Assembly: GCA_049517415.1 (NCBI GenBank)
Contig: JBEKSC010000008.1
Span: 1 to 64,000 of the forward strand
Source of the DNA: Candidatus Bathyarchaeia archaeon
GTDB lineage: Archaea > Thermoproteota > Bathyarchaeia > 40CM-2-53-6
Direction: 5' to 3'
Length of the DNA stretch: 64,000 nt
Under the pieces are notes generated by a model. That model saw nothing but the letters and a program-made list of their open reading frames with translations. It ran no database searches and was not told the origin of the DNA. The position numbers were made by a program, and so were the translations under genes. Shown in pieces: positions 1-9,903 of this stretch; the stretch's first letter is position 1, and every line of letters begins with the position of its first letter.

Positions 1-638
1 GCGGAGCTTGGGGCTCTTGCGACCGAGATCATACCACCAGAGATAACCGACATATAACGCGCTATATCCTCGCCTCGGACGTCGTCTAGGGCCTTCTTCA
101 GAACCATAACGTCTCCAATCGTGTTTGCCATCGTCATGGGCGAGACTGGGATGCCTGCAATGTTAGTGGTGGAGAGAGACATCTCAGGTTTGGCCCTACC
201 ACAGGCATCTGCGTCGATGGCTGGCTTTCCTTGAAGCGCTGCAAAGTACATCGGAAGTACAGTGTTTCCTGGACCGATCTCACTTGGCACATACGTGAAG
301 AATTGTACACCCATCAGCGATTCCAATTCACTTGCTGCTTTCTGAACCGTGCCTGTCAGAGCCTCAACATGATCCTTCTTCTCAGTTAAACTCAGATAGG
401 GTCTGAGTTTCTCCGTGATCTCCTTCTCAACCCCTCCACCTACTTGCCCAATAATGCAGAGGTGCTTGTCCTCCGGAATCTCATTGGGGTCTACCAAAGT
501 GAATTGCTTCCCTGAACCATATATCGCTTTTATGAGTTGTAGTCCTGACTGTGCGCTGCCTCCACCGCCACAGCCAAGTATACCGGCCCCAACGAGAAGA
601 TCAAGCATGTCTCGTTCTGTGAGAGTTCTCATTTGCAT
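1..638 (-). CDS. DUF917-family protein, N-terminal part (3' end runs off the window edge)
   Basis: Manual translation, not in ORF track: MQMRTLTERDMLDLLVGAGILGCGGGGS...SEIGPGN...IDADACGRAKPE, matching the DUF917 motifs GxGGGG, EIGxxN and DxDxxGRAxPE. Confidence 0.75.
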   Translation of the reverse strand, partial: MQMRTLTERDMLDLLVGAGILGCGGGGSAQSGLQLIKAIYGSGKQFTLVDPNEIPEDKHLCIIGQVGGGVEKEITEKLRPYLSLTEKKDHVEALTGTVQKAASELESLMGVQFFTYVPSEIGPGNTVLPMYFAALQGKPAIDADACGRAKPEMSLSTTNIAGIPVSPMTMANTIGDVMVLKKALDDVRGEDIARYMSVISGGMISVARAPSS

Positions 639-1010
639 CAATCCAAAACGGAACTGGGTTTCGAGACACCGATAGACCGTCATAATCTATTAGATTTTCG
701 CACAGGAATGAGTAGTAGACTTGGAAGGTTCTTGGGCCGATACGTTCACGCCAATGAACAATAGGTGGAGATATACACCACTCACGTACCCTAAGCGGGA
801 AGGCAGGAACAAGACGTTGACTCAAACAACCCACGCCCAACCATTAGTGTATTGTATTAATGTCTACCCAGTCAATATGTTATCAGCTATGACAATTTGA
901 AAAGGAATTAATGTCAAGCCAGGAAGAAGATACGTCTCGCAGAATCCGGGAACTCGGGCGATGAAATCCTCCCGGAATCGACTTCTCTGCAACCCGTGAG
1001 GGTAATCTGA

Positions 1011-1715
1011 TTGCGTGCAGGTCAGGAGAGAATTCCAACTGGTTGCAGCGGTTTGGATAAACTTCTCAACGGAGGCCTCGCAAGAGGAGAGGTGGCACTA
1101 GTTTATGGTGAAGCTGCAACCGGCAAAACAACTACAGTGATTCAGACTGCAATTGCCGCAGCCAAGTTAGGCCTCAAGATACTGTACTTGGACTCCGACC
1201 ATTCGTTCACCCAGCAGAGGTTTCATCAGATAGCTGGAGTGAAATCTGATGAGATCAGCCAACTTATCCTGCTCTTCCTGCCCGAGACTTTTTCAGAGCA
1301 ACGGAGTATCGTTGAATCGCTCGAAAACTATGTCACACCAGCTCTTGGTTTGGTGATTATCGATTCTATGAGCTCCCTCTATCGAGCTGCATTTTCAGGT
1401 TCGGAGAGCATTTTCAGTCTCAACAGAGATCTAAGTAGGCAGGTTGCGTACTTGGGAGATTTGTCCGCTTCTCGCAGAATTGCCTGTATTCTTACAAGTC
1501 AAGTTCACGCCCGCCTAACCAAGACTTCAGGTGAAATTGAACCAGTCGCACGCAGGGCGTTGTTCCATTTTCCGCAGACGATCCTCAGGATTAGAAATAC
1601 TCCCAGGACGAATGTCAAGGAGTTCGTTTTGGAGAGAAGGGGAGGTTCAGACGTTGCGAGAACTAGTTGCCTCATTGCACTCGGTGAAACCGGACTGTCG
1701 GATGTCTCAACCTAA
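1011..1715 (+). CDS. radB: RadB-like RecA-superfamily ATPase
   Basis: IPTGCSGLDKLLNGGL, Walker A GEAATGKTT, Walker B VIIDS; single 234-aa domain without the RadA N-terminal domain. Confidence 0.75.
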   Translation: MRAGQERIPTGCSGLDKLLNGGLARGEVALVYGEAATGKTTTVIQTAIAAAKLGLKILYLDSDHSFTQQRFHQIAGVKSDEISQLILLFLPETFSEQRSIVESLENYVTPALGLVIIDSMSSLYRAAFSGSESIFSLNRDLSRQVAYLGDLSASRRIACILTSQVHARLTKTSGEIEPVARRALFHFPQTILRIRNTPRTNVKEFVLERRGGSDVARTSCLIALGETGLSDVST

Positions 1716-1735
1716 CTCTTATCTCCGTAAACCCG

Positions 1736-2269
1736 ATGCTAGCGTTTGTCTCTCAGCTTGTGAACAGCTTGTGGCCTCCGACACAGGATTTGATTTCAGC
1801 TCTCTACATCATAGTACCAGCATACTGCACTAACGGTGCTCCAGTAATTTTTGGCGGCGGCCACCCATTAGATCTGGGCAAATCTCTCTCCGATGGGAAC
1901 CGGATACTCGGTGACAACAAGACGGTCCGCGGACTTCTTAGTGGGTTAGTGGTTGGCGCAATAGTTGGGGCTTTTGGCTACTACTTTTTCTCAAGGAAGC
2001 TGTTCCTGGTCGCAGTCTTGGCGTCGGGCGGCGCGCTTTTGGGCGACTTGGGAGGTGCTTTTCTAAAGAGGAGATTGAAAATCAAACCGGGGAACGCATT
2101 GCCAGGAATAGATCAACTGGATTTTGTCTTGGGTGCAATACTGTTTGTTTCTTCGGTTTACAGCTTAAGTCTGGGAGCAATCGTAATATTGCTTTTTGTG
2201 ACTCCGCCCATTCACTTTCTCATGAATGTTGTCGCGTACTATATTGGGCTTAAGAGGAACTATTGGTGA
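1736..2269 (+). CDS. carS: CDP-archaeol synthase (DUF46)
   Basis: PAYCTNGAPV, PLDLGK, RILGDNKT, GDLGGAFLKRRL, PGIDQLDF motifs; hydrophobic. Confidence 0.9.
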   Translation: MLAFVSQLVNSLWPPTQDLISALYIIVPAYCTNGAPVIFGGGHPLDLGKSLSDGNRILGDNKTVRGLLSGLVVGAIVGAFGYYFFSRKLFLVAVLASGGALLGDLGGAFLKRRLKIKPGNALPGIDQLDFVLGAILFVSSVYSLSLGAIVILLFVTPPIHFLMNVVAYYIGLKRNYW

Positions 2270-2279
2270 GTTAGCGTTA

Positions 2280-2756
2280 TCATCCGCCGATCTTTTGATT
2301 TATGAGCGCATTCGAGTAGAATACGACAATAAGTACCATAAGCGTGCCTAGTATGAGGAGGAGGTACGCGTTGCGTGGTCTGTAAGCAAATCTTGTGCTC
2401 CGAAGAAGCATGTAAAGACCCCCGAGGCCCAGCATGTAGAGGAAAGCCGCAATCAGGCTCTCGTTCAGTGTTTGCTCACCCAAGGTTCCCTGAATGACGA
2501 CTGAGTATCCGGTAGCGGATGGCAGGAGAGAGATTGGGCGTTCTAGTATATCGTATACTCCTCCAGCCAGTACGAAACCGACGAAGACAAGAACCGCGAC
2601 AATCATTACAGTGGTCGAGGGTTTCATCCTTCTTGCGTTGGGCGACCTGAAAATTCTAATGGAATAGCTTAGGTTTGTGAAAGTTCGTTGTAGTCTCCAT
2701 GGCAGCCTGCGAAGCTTGATTCGAAGCCCTTCGAACATATTTTGCAACACTCGCAC
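2280..2756 (-). CDS. OST3/OST6-family (OSTC/DC2-like) small membrane protein
   Basis: Three TM helices with GGVYDILERP...EQTLNESLIAAFLYMLGLGG, resembling the eukaryotic OSTC/DC2 pattern GxxYDxxxxP...QxxxE. Confidence 0.6.
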   Translation of the reverse strand: MRVLQNMFEGLRIKLRRLPWRLQRTFTNLSYSIRIFRSPNARRMKPSTTVMIVAVLVFVGFVLAGGVYDILERPISLLPSATGYSVVIQGTLGEQTLNESLIAAFLYMLGLGGLYMLLRSTRFAYRPRNAYLLLILGTLMVLIVVFYSNALINQKIGG

Positions 2757-2822
2757 TTAGAATGACCACGAGGCTAAAATATGTTACCGTGCTTGTCCTC
2801 GCTTGGCTAACGTGGTTAGGGC

Positions 2823-2996
2823 ATGCCACAAAAAATCGTATGCGAAGCCTGCGGCTCGATTCTATATGATGGGCTTGAACTAGAGACGCCAACCGAAATC
2901 ATTCAACGGCACAACGGTATCTGCCCACAATGCAAGAAAAAACTAGATTTCGTAACTGAGAAAGTCAAAATAGTTCCCTACGAAGAAACGGCCTGA
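2823..2996 (+). CDS. Small C4 zinc-ribbon protein (57 aa)
   Basis: Manual translation MPQKIVCEACGSILYDG...NGICPQCKKKLDF..., two CxxC pairs; below the ORF-track cutoff. Confidence 0.75.
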   Translation: MPQKIVCEACGSILYDGLELETPTEIIQRHNGICPQCKKKLDFVTEKVKIVPYEETA

Positions 2997-3033
2997 CCTG
3001 CCAAAGACGCCTCAACGGTAAGAGCGAAACAGT

Positions 3034-4188
3034 TTGCTCAAAGATGTTCAGGTGCAAAGTTTTCATGCGGAAAACGGGCATCTGACGGAATTCGCAGGTT
3101 TCAACCTCCCTCTCTGGTTCAAAGGAATCATACTCGAATCAATGGCTGTTAGAAACGCTGCAGGAATTTTCGACGTAAGCCACATGGGTCGCGCGATAAT
3201 TCGGGGGAAGAATTCAGAGAAGTTACTGGATAGTTTGTCGACGAATAACGTTGCGTCCCTTGCGAACGGACAAGGCCAGTACTCCCTTCTCTGCAACCCT
3301 GAAGGGGGCATCAAAGATGATGTGCTGGTCTTCCGGTTGCAAGAGGGCGAGCACTTAATCGTTTACAACGCTGCGAACCGCTCTAAAGACTACGATTGGA
3401 TTCTAAACAACAGCAGAGGCTTGAATGTTGACATCCAAGACGTATCTGATGATGTCGCGATGTTCGCTGTGCAAGGCCCGAAAACGATCTCCATCATGCA
3501 ATCACTGTTTAGTGTTCAACTCGATGCAATTCCTAGGTTCGGGTGCTCTTGGGCACAGGTTGCTGGGACCAAGGCCTTGGTTTCTAGGACAGGCTATACT
3601 GGGGAGGACGGGTTCGAATTGTTCGTTTGGGATTCTCCTGTAGCTAAACCTGAGAAAGCACGAATGGTTTGGGATCGAGTCTTGCAGGCCGGAAAACCCT
3701 ATGGGCTTGAGCCATGCGGGTTGGGTGCTCGAGATGTTCTGCGCTTGGAAGCTGGGCTTTGCCTATACGGTACGGACATGGATGAGAACACAAACCCGTA
3801 CGAGGCGAAGCTGGGGTTCGTAGTAAAACTAGACAAGGAGTTCATCGGCAAGAAGAGATTGCAAGAAGTTAAAGAAAAGGGACCGTTGAAAACACGCATT
3901 GGCCTTGTAACAACGAGACGTGTTATTCCAAGGCATGGGTTTAACATAATTCACTCTGCGAAAAATGTCGGAACAGTAACAAGCGGAACTCTATCACCGA
4001 TTCTGAACAAAGGCATCGCAATGGGGTACGTTGGACCTGACTTTGGACGGGAAGGCATTGATATCGAAATCGAGGTAAGAGATCGTCTAGAGGAGGGCAA
4101 GATTGTCAAACCGCCATTTTACGATCCAAGCAAGTATGGATATTCAAGAAAGACACAGGTAACTTCGTCAGACGGTGCTAACGTTTAA
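3034..4188 (+). CDS. gcvT: Glycine cleavage system T protein (aminomethyltransferase)
   Basis: FDVSHMG, SRTGYTGEDGFE, GLGARDVLRLEAG, VTSGTLSP. Confidence 0.95.
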   Translation: MLKDVQVQSFHAENGHLTEFAGFNLPLWFKGIILESMAVRNAAGIFDVSHMGRAIIRGKNSEKLLDSLSTNNVASLANGQGQYSLLCNPEGGIKDDVLVFRLQEGEHLIVYNAANRSKDYDWILNNSRGLNVDIQDVSDDVAMFAVQGPKTISIMQSLFSVQLDAIPRFGCSWAQVAGTKALVSRTGYTGEDGFELFVWDSPVAKPEKARMVWDRVLQAGKPYGLEPCGLGARDVLRLEAGLCLYGTDMDENTNPYEAKLGFVVKLDKEFIGKKRLQEVKEKGPLKTRIGLVTTRRVIPRHGFNIIHSAKNVGTVTSGTLSPILNKGIAMGYVGPDFGREGIDIEIEVRDRLEEGKIVKPPFYDPSKYGYSRKTQVTSSDGANV

Positions 4189-4522
4189 TTTTCTGATCGT
4201 GTCGTGACATTAAGTTCCCATAAAGGGATTCACCAGCGGTCCCCTCTGGCTCCTCACCCAACTCACCGATTTCCTCATTGGTCATCGCTGAAGTTGGCTT
4301 CAGAACAGTGACGATTGGCCCCCATCGTATGCCCCTTAGAGTCGGCAGTGTCTTTCCACATTCGAGACACTGCTCCAAGCCTTCGGGGTTAGCTGTCCCG
4401 CAGGAAGAACAATAGATAGGTTTCAGTATTGATCCGCAATCAATGCAATACCTGGCATCCAGTTTGTTTACCCTTTTGCAAGAGGGGCACCTTACGATTG
4501 TACCTGCCAATCTACCAACCAC
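4178..4522 (-). CDS. Double zinc-ribbon protein
   Basis: Four CxxC pairs (CPSC, CIDC, CSSC, CLEC). Confidence 0.7.
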   Translation of the reverse strand: MVGRLAGTIVRCPSCKRVNKLDARYCIDCGSILKPIYCSSCGTANPEGLEQCLECGKTLPTLRGIRWGPIVTVLKPTSAMTNEEIGELGEEPEGTAGESLYGNLMSRHDQKIKR

Positions 4523-4599
4523 GATTTATGGAGGTTCGCTACACATCCAGACAAGTCTTTCGTAGTTGAACTTTGGTTTCTCGGTCGGGATGATTTCGA

Positions 4600-5751
4600 T
4601 TGACAAGTGACGGATCACGAGGTGCCGAGGCATCCGAGGAGGTTCCAAATGTGGGCCTTATCGTAAATCCGATCGCAGGAATTGGTGGCGCCGTAGGACT
4701 CAAGGGAACGGATCGCCCCGAGATCTTAGAGGAGGCCTTGAGACGTGGAGGTCGTCCAGTCGCGCCAGAGCGTTCTATTCGGGCGCTAAGGGCAATGAAA
4801 CGGAACCTTCCGGGAGTGAACGTAATCACTTGTCCTGGCGAAATGGGGGAGAACGAGGCGGCCGCGGCCGCCATACACTGTGATGTGATACAAATTCAGC
4901 TTATGGAAAGAACTACTGCAGTTGACACTCTAAAGGCAGCTAAAGAGCTCGAACGCAAAGTATGCCTGCTATTGTTTGCTGGTGGAGATGGTACCGCTCG
5001 TGATATTTCGGAAGCTGTTGATGCTCATGTTCCCGTGCTCGGCATACCTTGCGGCGTAAAGAACTATTCCGGAGTTTTCGCGTCTTCACCCGAGGCCGTT
5101 GGAGGAACAGTCGCGTTGTTCATGGAGAACAAGAATGCGACGGTTGACTCCGAGGTGTTGGATTTCGATGAAGATTCGATGCGCAATGGTAGAATTCAAA
5201 CGAGAATCTGTGGAATATTGCGCGTGCCCTCTGCAAGGCGTTTCATGCAAAATGCGAAATCGGCTCCGTTCTCATTAGAGGGGGACATTGAGCAAGAAGC
5301 GTTGGCCAAGTTTGTTGCAGAAGATATGGACAAGGAATTTCAATACGTCCTAGGTCCTGGTTCAACTACCAGTAAGGTTGCTGAATTGCTGAATGTGCAA
5401 AAGACATTGCTCGGAGTTGACGTTATTCTCAGGGGTAGGTTGGTTGCTAGAGATGTAACTGGCAGGGAGTTAGAAGACCTAGTCCGATTACGATCAACGA
5501 AGTTGGTTATCTCCCCCATCGGCGGGCAGGGCCACATCCTAGGCAGAGGAAATCAACAAATTACCCCTAACGTGATTCGAGCAATTGGAAAAGAAAACAT
5601 CATCGTGATCTGTACCAGAAGCAAATTGGCCAATCTTCCTAACCGAAGGTTATATGTCGACAGTGGCGATATCCGATTGGACAACGAATTGGTTGGCTAT
5701 TGGCGTATTGTGGTGGGATATCGTGAATTTGCTGTAGTCAAAGTAGATTAA
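4600..5751 (+). CDS. ATP-NAD kinase family protein
   Basis: VNPIAGIGG, GLKGTD, AGGDGTARD, GPGSTT, IGGQGHILGRGNQQ. Confidence 0.85.
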   Translation: MTSDGSRGAEASEEVPNVGLIVNPIAGIGGAVGLKGTDRPEILEEALRRGGRPVAPERSIRALRAMKRNLPGVNVITCPGEMGENEAAAAAIHCDVIQIQLMERTTAVDTLKAAKELERKVCLLLFAGGDGTARDISEAVDAHVPVLGIPCGVKNYSGVFASSPEAVGGTVALFMENKNATVDSEVLDFDEDSMRNGRIQTRICGILRVPSARRFMQNAKSAPFSLEGDIEQEALAKFVAEDMDKEFQYVLGPGSTTSKVAELLNVQKTLLGVDVILRGRLVARDVTGRELEDLVRLRSTKLVISPIGGQGHILGRGNQQITPNVIRAIGKENIIVICTRSKLANLPNRRLYVDSGDIRLDNELVGYWRIVVGYREFAVVKVD

Positions 5752-5822
5752 CTTCGAGATGACTTTGCGGACCGATCTATGTCCAACCTGACACAGAATA
5801 TTGGGATTATAACTCACCAACC

Positions 5823-5830
5823 TTTTATAA
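5823..5830 (+). promoter_or_regulatory. Candidate TATA box for aglB
   Basis: TTTTATAA about 40 nt upstream of the ATG at 5871. Confidence 0.4.
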
Positions 5831-5870
5831 CACACTGAAAGTGTAATCTCAAAAATCCCTAGGTGCAGAA

Positions 5871-8645
5871 ATGTCAGCTACCCGGCAAGCCCTGAGGAAG
5901 GTGCGTGGCTTCCTAGGGAAGTACGTAAACCGCGAAACACTTGCCGGCCGTGTTGAAGGAACTCGCAAAGTTCTTTCAGGCATCTCTCGAGGAACAGCCA
6001 TAGAAGCAATTGTAGTTGGCTTGATTGTTCTCATAGCACTAGCCGTCCGAATAATGCCTATCCGCTGGGGATTCTTCCTAAACGAATTCGATCCGTACCT
6101 GCAATGGCGCATGGCACAGTACGTGGTCGATCACGGTTTCTTGGCGTGGTTTAACTGGCATGACACGATGAGTTGGTATCCATACGGCGCGGACATGCCC
6201 ACATGGAACCTCTACGGTACGGCCTTCGTAATAGCGGCAATTACGATGATACTGAATTATGTTGGCGTAAATGTAACCGTGTTTGTGGTTGCAATTATCT
6301 TTCCAGTAGTCGCCGGAACCCTAACCGTTCTAGCAGCATACTTCCTTGGAAAGGATTTCTGGGGAAAAGGCGCAGGATTGTTTACCGCCCTGTTCTTGGC
6401 TTTGAATCCAAGCAGTATCGGCCGAACCCAACTTGGTTTTCTCCGTCATGAGCCGCTTGGCATTCTCCTGATGATACTGATCTTCCTCTTCTTCAGAAGG
6501 TCGACTGTGCCAACCTCTTCAACCCGTAAGACGCTGATATACGCTGGCTTAACCGGCTTCATGCTCTTCTACCTGGCCGCGGAGTGGGCCGGAGGCCTAT
6601 ACCCGCTGGACCTACTGGTTCTCTACGTAGTTGTTTTAGGCGTACTGGGTCGTTCCTCGAAGAAACTCTTCCTAAGCTATTCTATCACTATGGGGATATT
6701 CTTACTCTTTACACCATTTTTGGTCCCGAAGCTTGGGTTAGCCTCACTTAGTGATTTCGGCTGGCTGGTGATCCCGGTTGGGGAAGTAGTCCTACTTGCT
6801 CGCGAAGCCTCCTCATATGTCACCAATAGGATGCACCAGATTTACGCGCTAACGGCGACGGTACTTGGAACCATAGCCGTTGTTGGCTTTCTTTCGTATT
6901 TCCACGTGGTTTCTTTCCCCTATGGCAAATTCTATGCCGTAATAGACCCGTTTGTCCGAGGTAACGTTCCAATCATCGCAAGTGTTGCGGAACATCAACC
7001 CGCAACATGGGGTTCGTTCTTCTACGAATTTGGAGGGCTTATTTTTCTGATTCTGTTCGGCTTCGTTTTCATCCTGCAAAGGGTTAGGAACGACGATATC
7101 TTCCTACTTCTATGGGGAGTCACTGCTGTCTATTTTGCGGCATCCTTCGTCCGTCTAACCTTGCTCCTTGCTCCGGCATTCTGCATATTAGCTGCCATAG
7201 GGACAGTGGAACTTGGAAAACCTGCAGTCGACATTGTGCGCGAGGCGGTTATCTATCCAAAGCATAAGACACGAGTCATAAGTAGAATTGGCCGAGAGTT
7301 TGGTGTCGCCATCTTCCTAATCCTCCTCATAATCATAATTCCGACCTTCTGGACGGCGGTGCGTGGTTCATACCAACCCGCCACAATCGTCACTTCGAGT
7401 ATACCCACAGCTCCAACAGCTGGGCAGGAATTCAAGTATGCAGATTGGCTTGAGGCGTTGTCGTGGATGCAACAGAACACGCCTACTGGTTCGGTTATTT
7501 TCGCGTGGTGGGACTATGGGTATTGGATCACAGCTCTAGGCAATCGGAAAACGCTCGCAGATAACGGTACCCAAAACGACACGCAGATAGCCGTGATAGC
7601 TCAAACCTTCCTCGACAATACCACTATGGCGATCCCTAATCTCCAGAAGTATAACGTATCCTACGTGGCTATCTTTATCACGCCTTCAGGTGGCAGTCAA
7701 GGAGGATACCAAGGGTTCGGCGAGGACGGGAAATGGTATTGGATGGCTCGCATCGGAAATAACACGATGTGGAACAACTATAAAGTGATCTACACGGAAA
7801 CTACTGTCGCCACTCAAAGTGGTAGCACCAGTTCGAGCTATACCCAATTGCTCGAGGACTCGAAAGGAAGAGTCGTAAGTAACGATACGATTGCAGACAA
7901 TAACCAGCTCAACGACCACACGATGTTAGGCTACATGATGGCTGAGGTAACAAATGCGGCAAATGAACATGCCTCTCCATACTTCACACGTGTCTTCTCT
8001 TCATCGAACAACTTTGTATTCCTCTTCCAGGTGAGAATTCTAAGGTCAGTTCACCTATCGATCAATCCAACCAAACACGAAATCCCATACGGACAGCAAG
8101 TGGTGCTTGCTGGGAGTCTTGGTGATGCCTCTGGAAACCCATTAAGCATCAACAACCCGTCGGTCGCATTAGAAACATCTACCGACAGTGGCCAAACGTG
8201 GCAGCAAATAACAACCGCGCCTGTCTCTCCAAACGGAACGTATAGCTACAACTGGACACCTGACGCTGGCAATTACATTATTCGAGCCCACTACCTAGGT
8301 GCTGTCGGACCGTACGCAGAGGCTGCGACTACGCCTGAAGCCCTACTTGTGCAAACCGGAACAGTAAATTTGAGTATCACAACACCCTCCCATTCAGTAA
8401 CGATCGGCCAGAACGTTACGGTGACGGTTCAAATGTCCCCGTTCGTGAGCGGAGCCAACGTAACCATATCGTATACCTTTGACAACAAAACATTTGTTCC
8501 GATCCAAACTGTAATCATGAATTCCCCCAGCATGAGTTTCACTTGGCTTGTTAACATACCTGGGAGCTTTACATTGGCCGCGAACTGGCCAGGAAACCAA
8601 AACTACAACCGAGCACTGGCGGAAATTACGCTCAACAAGTCATGA
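5871..8645 (+). CDS. aglB: Oligosaccharyltransferase AglB/STT3 with C-terminal Ig-like extension
   Basis: NEFDPY, multi-TM N-terminal half, SVAEHQP, WWDYG, DNGTQNDTQI; about 200-aa beta-rich tail. Confidence 0.93.
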   Translation: MSATRQALRKVRGFLGKYVNRETLAGRVEGTRKVLSGISRGTAIEAIVVGLIVLIALAVRIMPIRWGFFLNEFDPYLQWRMAQYVVDHGFLAWFNWHDTMSWYPYGADMPTWNLYGTAFVIAAITMILNYVGVNVTVFVVAIIFPVVAGTLTVLAAYFLGKDFWGKGAGLFTALFLALNPSSIGRTQLGFLRHEPLGILLMILIFLFFRRSTVPTSSTRKTLIYAGLTGFMLFYLAAEWAGGLYPLDLLVLYVVVLGVLGRSSKKLFLSYSITMGIFLLFTPFLVPKLGLASLSDFGWLVIPVGEVVLLAREASSYVTNRMHQIYALTATVLGTIAVVGFLSYFHVVSFPYGKFYAVIDPFVRGNVPIIASVAEHQPATWGSFFYEFGGLIFLILFGFVFILQRVRNDDIFLLLWGVTAVYFAASFVRLTLLLAPAFCILAAIGTVELGKPAVDIVREAVIYPKHKTRVISRIGREFGVAIFLILLIIIIPTFWTAVRGSYQPATIVTSSIPTAPTAGQEFKYADWLEALSWMQQNTPTGSVIFAWWDYGYWITALGNRKTLADNGTQNDTQIAVIAQTFLDNTTMAIPNLQKYNVSYVAIFITPSGGSQGGYQGFGEDGKWYWMARIGNNTMWNNYKVIYTETTVATQSGSTSSSYTQLLEDSKGRVVSNDTIADNNQLNDHTMLGYMMAEVTNAANEHASPYFTRVFSSSNNFVFLFQVRILRSVHLSINPTKHEIPYGQQVVLAGSLGDASGNPLSINNPSVALETSTDSGQTWQQITTAPVSPNGTYSYNWTPDAGNYIIRAHYLGAVGPYAEAATTPEALLVQTGTVNLSITTPSHSVTIGQNVTVTVQMSPFVSGANVTISYTFDNKTFVPIQTVIMNSPSMSFTWLVNIPGSFTLAANWPGNQNYNRALAEITLNKS

Positions 8646-8665
8646 TAATGGTCTCTATTCCACTA

Positions 8666-8833
8666 CTATTGCCCTGAATATTTCTCCTCATTTGATTGAC
8701 GGAGTCGAGCATATTTGTCGTGCGGAGAAAACTTTGGTGGATGGGGTGTAACTGTAGCCTCTCCGCACTTGGGGCAGTTCTGCTTCAACGTGTAGGTTTT
8801 GCAGTCAGGACATTTTCTTAGAAGCCATTTCAA
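8666..8833 (-). CDS. nop10: H/ACA RNP protein Nop10
   Basis: Manual translation from TTG: MKWLLRKCPDCKTYTLKQNCPKCGEATVTPHPPKFSPHDKYARLR; directly downstream of aIF2-alpha. Confidence 0.92.
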   Translation of the reverse strand: MKWLLRKCPDCKTYTLKQNCPKCGEATVTPHPPKFSPHDKYARLRQSNEEKYSGQ

Positions 8834-9612
8834 CTTAGTTTGCGCCCTTCGCCGCCTAGGCTCTTAATCGAGTTTAGTGCCTCGTCAATCGCCAAGTTCA
8901 ATGTCGCTTGGGCATCCGTTATCTCTTTGCTCCTAACTTCGAGCCTGTAACGTGGGGACCCTACTGTGTAAATCTTAATGGTTGTTCCGCGTGATTTCTT
9001 AACCTTCTTCGCTCCTCGGAGTGCTTGGCGTATCGCTTCCACTCCTTCTGTCTTGGCGCAAATTAGTTCGACAGTTCCGGTGACCTTCGCTTTTTCTAAC
9101 CTAATCTTGCTCCGCGCAACTTCAGTAAGTGTCTTGGCCCATTCTTCGCTAATGCCAAGTTTGCTAAAGATCTCTTCGCCCTCATCCGTGGCTTCTTCGA
9201 ATGCGTCGAATGGGTTGTCGAATTTTTCATAGATAATCGACTTGACCTTAGATACATCATCTTCGGTCGCCTTCAACTTCTCAGCTGCTCCTTTAATGAT
9301 CGAGTCAGCTTTCTTGACTTTCTTCCATTCGAGCATTTTTTCGGATTTTTCTCGTCCCGTGACCCTGCGGAGCGAGAGGTCGACTTGAGCCCGTTGGGAG
9401 CTAACACGCAGAACCTTCAGGACGAGCTTCTGGCCCTCTCTGACGTGAACCCTGATGTTTCTCACGTATGTGCTTGCGATTTCTGAGATATGGATTAGGC
9501 CTTCCACACCTTCGTATTCATCAAGTTTGACGTATGCCCCGTAATCCACGACCCGCGTTACAGAGGCTACTACAAGGTCGCCGACCTCTGGGTAACGTGG
9601 CGTTACAGACAT
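8830..9612 (-). CDS. eif2a: Translation initiation factor 2 alpha subunit
   Basis: YPEVGDLVV S1 domain, GLIHISEI, VDLSLRRV, GSPRYRL. Confidence 0.95.
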   Translation of the reverse strand: MSVTPRYPEVGDLVVASVTRVVDYGAYVKLDEYEGVEGLIHISEIASTYVRNIRVHVREGQKLVLKVLRVSSQRAQVDLSLRRVTGREKSEKMLEWKKVKKADSIIKGAAEKLKATEDDVSKVKSIIYEKFDNPFDAFEEATDEGEEIFSKLGISEEWAKTLTEVARSKIRLEKAKVTGTVELICAKTEGVEAIRQALRGAKKVKKSRGTTIKIYTVGSPRYRLEVRSKEITDAQATLNLAIDEALNSIKSLGGEGRKLS

Positions 9613-9621
9613 TTGTTTGGC

Positions 9622-9822
9622 CTATCCGAGGACTTCCACGACTTCTGACTTAATTCTTGCTTTTCCGCCGGTCGGTTCAGCTAAAATTTCTTCGCACACT
9701 GAGCATCGCGGGGAGATTGATGGTCTGTCAAATATCACTTGCTCGTTACCGCATTTGGGGCATTTGATTCTAACGAAGCTGCTCTCTGGCTTTGGAATAA
9801 GTTCGCCCTTAACCATAATCAT
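9622..9822 (-). CDS. rps27e: Ribosomal protein S27e
   Basis: PKPESSFVRIKCPKCGNEQVIF...CSVCEEILAEPTGGKA. Confidence 0.95.
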   Translation of the reverse strand: MIMVKGELIPKPESSFVRIKCPKCGNEQVIFDRPSISPRCSVCEEILAEPTGGKARIKSEVVEVLG

Positions 9823-9903
9823 TCACTGTTCTTGTGGAATCCGAAGAAAGTGGGTGCAACCAACATAAGTGTTATGGCTTGTTTTTCTGCACTCGAAGGT
9901 AAT

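Noticed and set aside
640..1010. Short ORF 601..840 and other antisense or shadow ORFs across the window
   Set aside because: They lie opposite or out of frame to well-supported genes, or have no recognisable motifs
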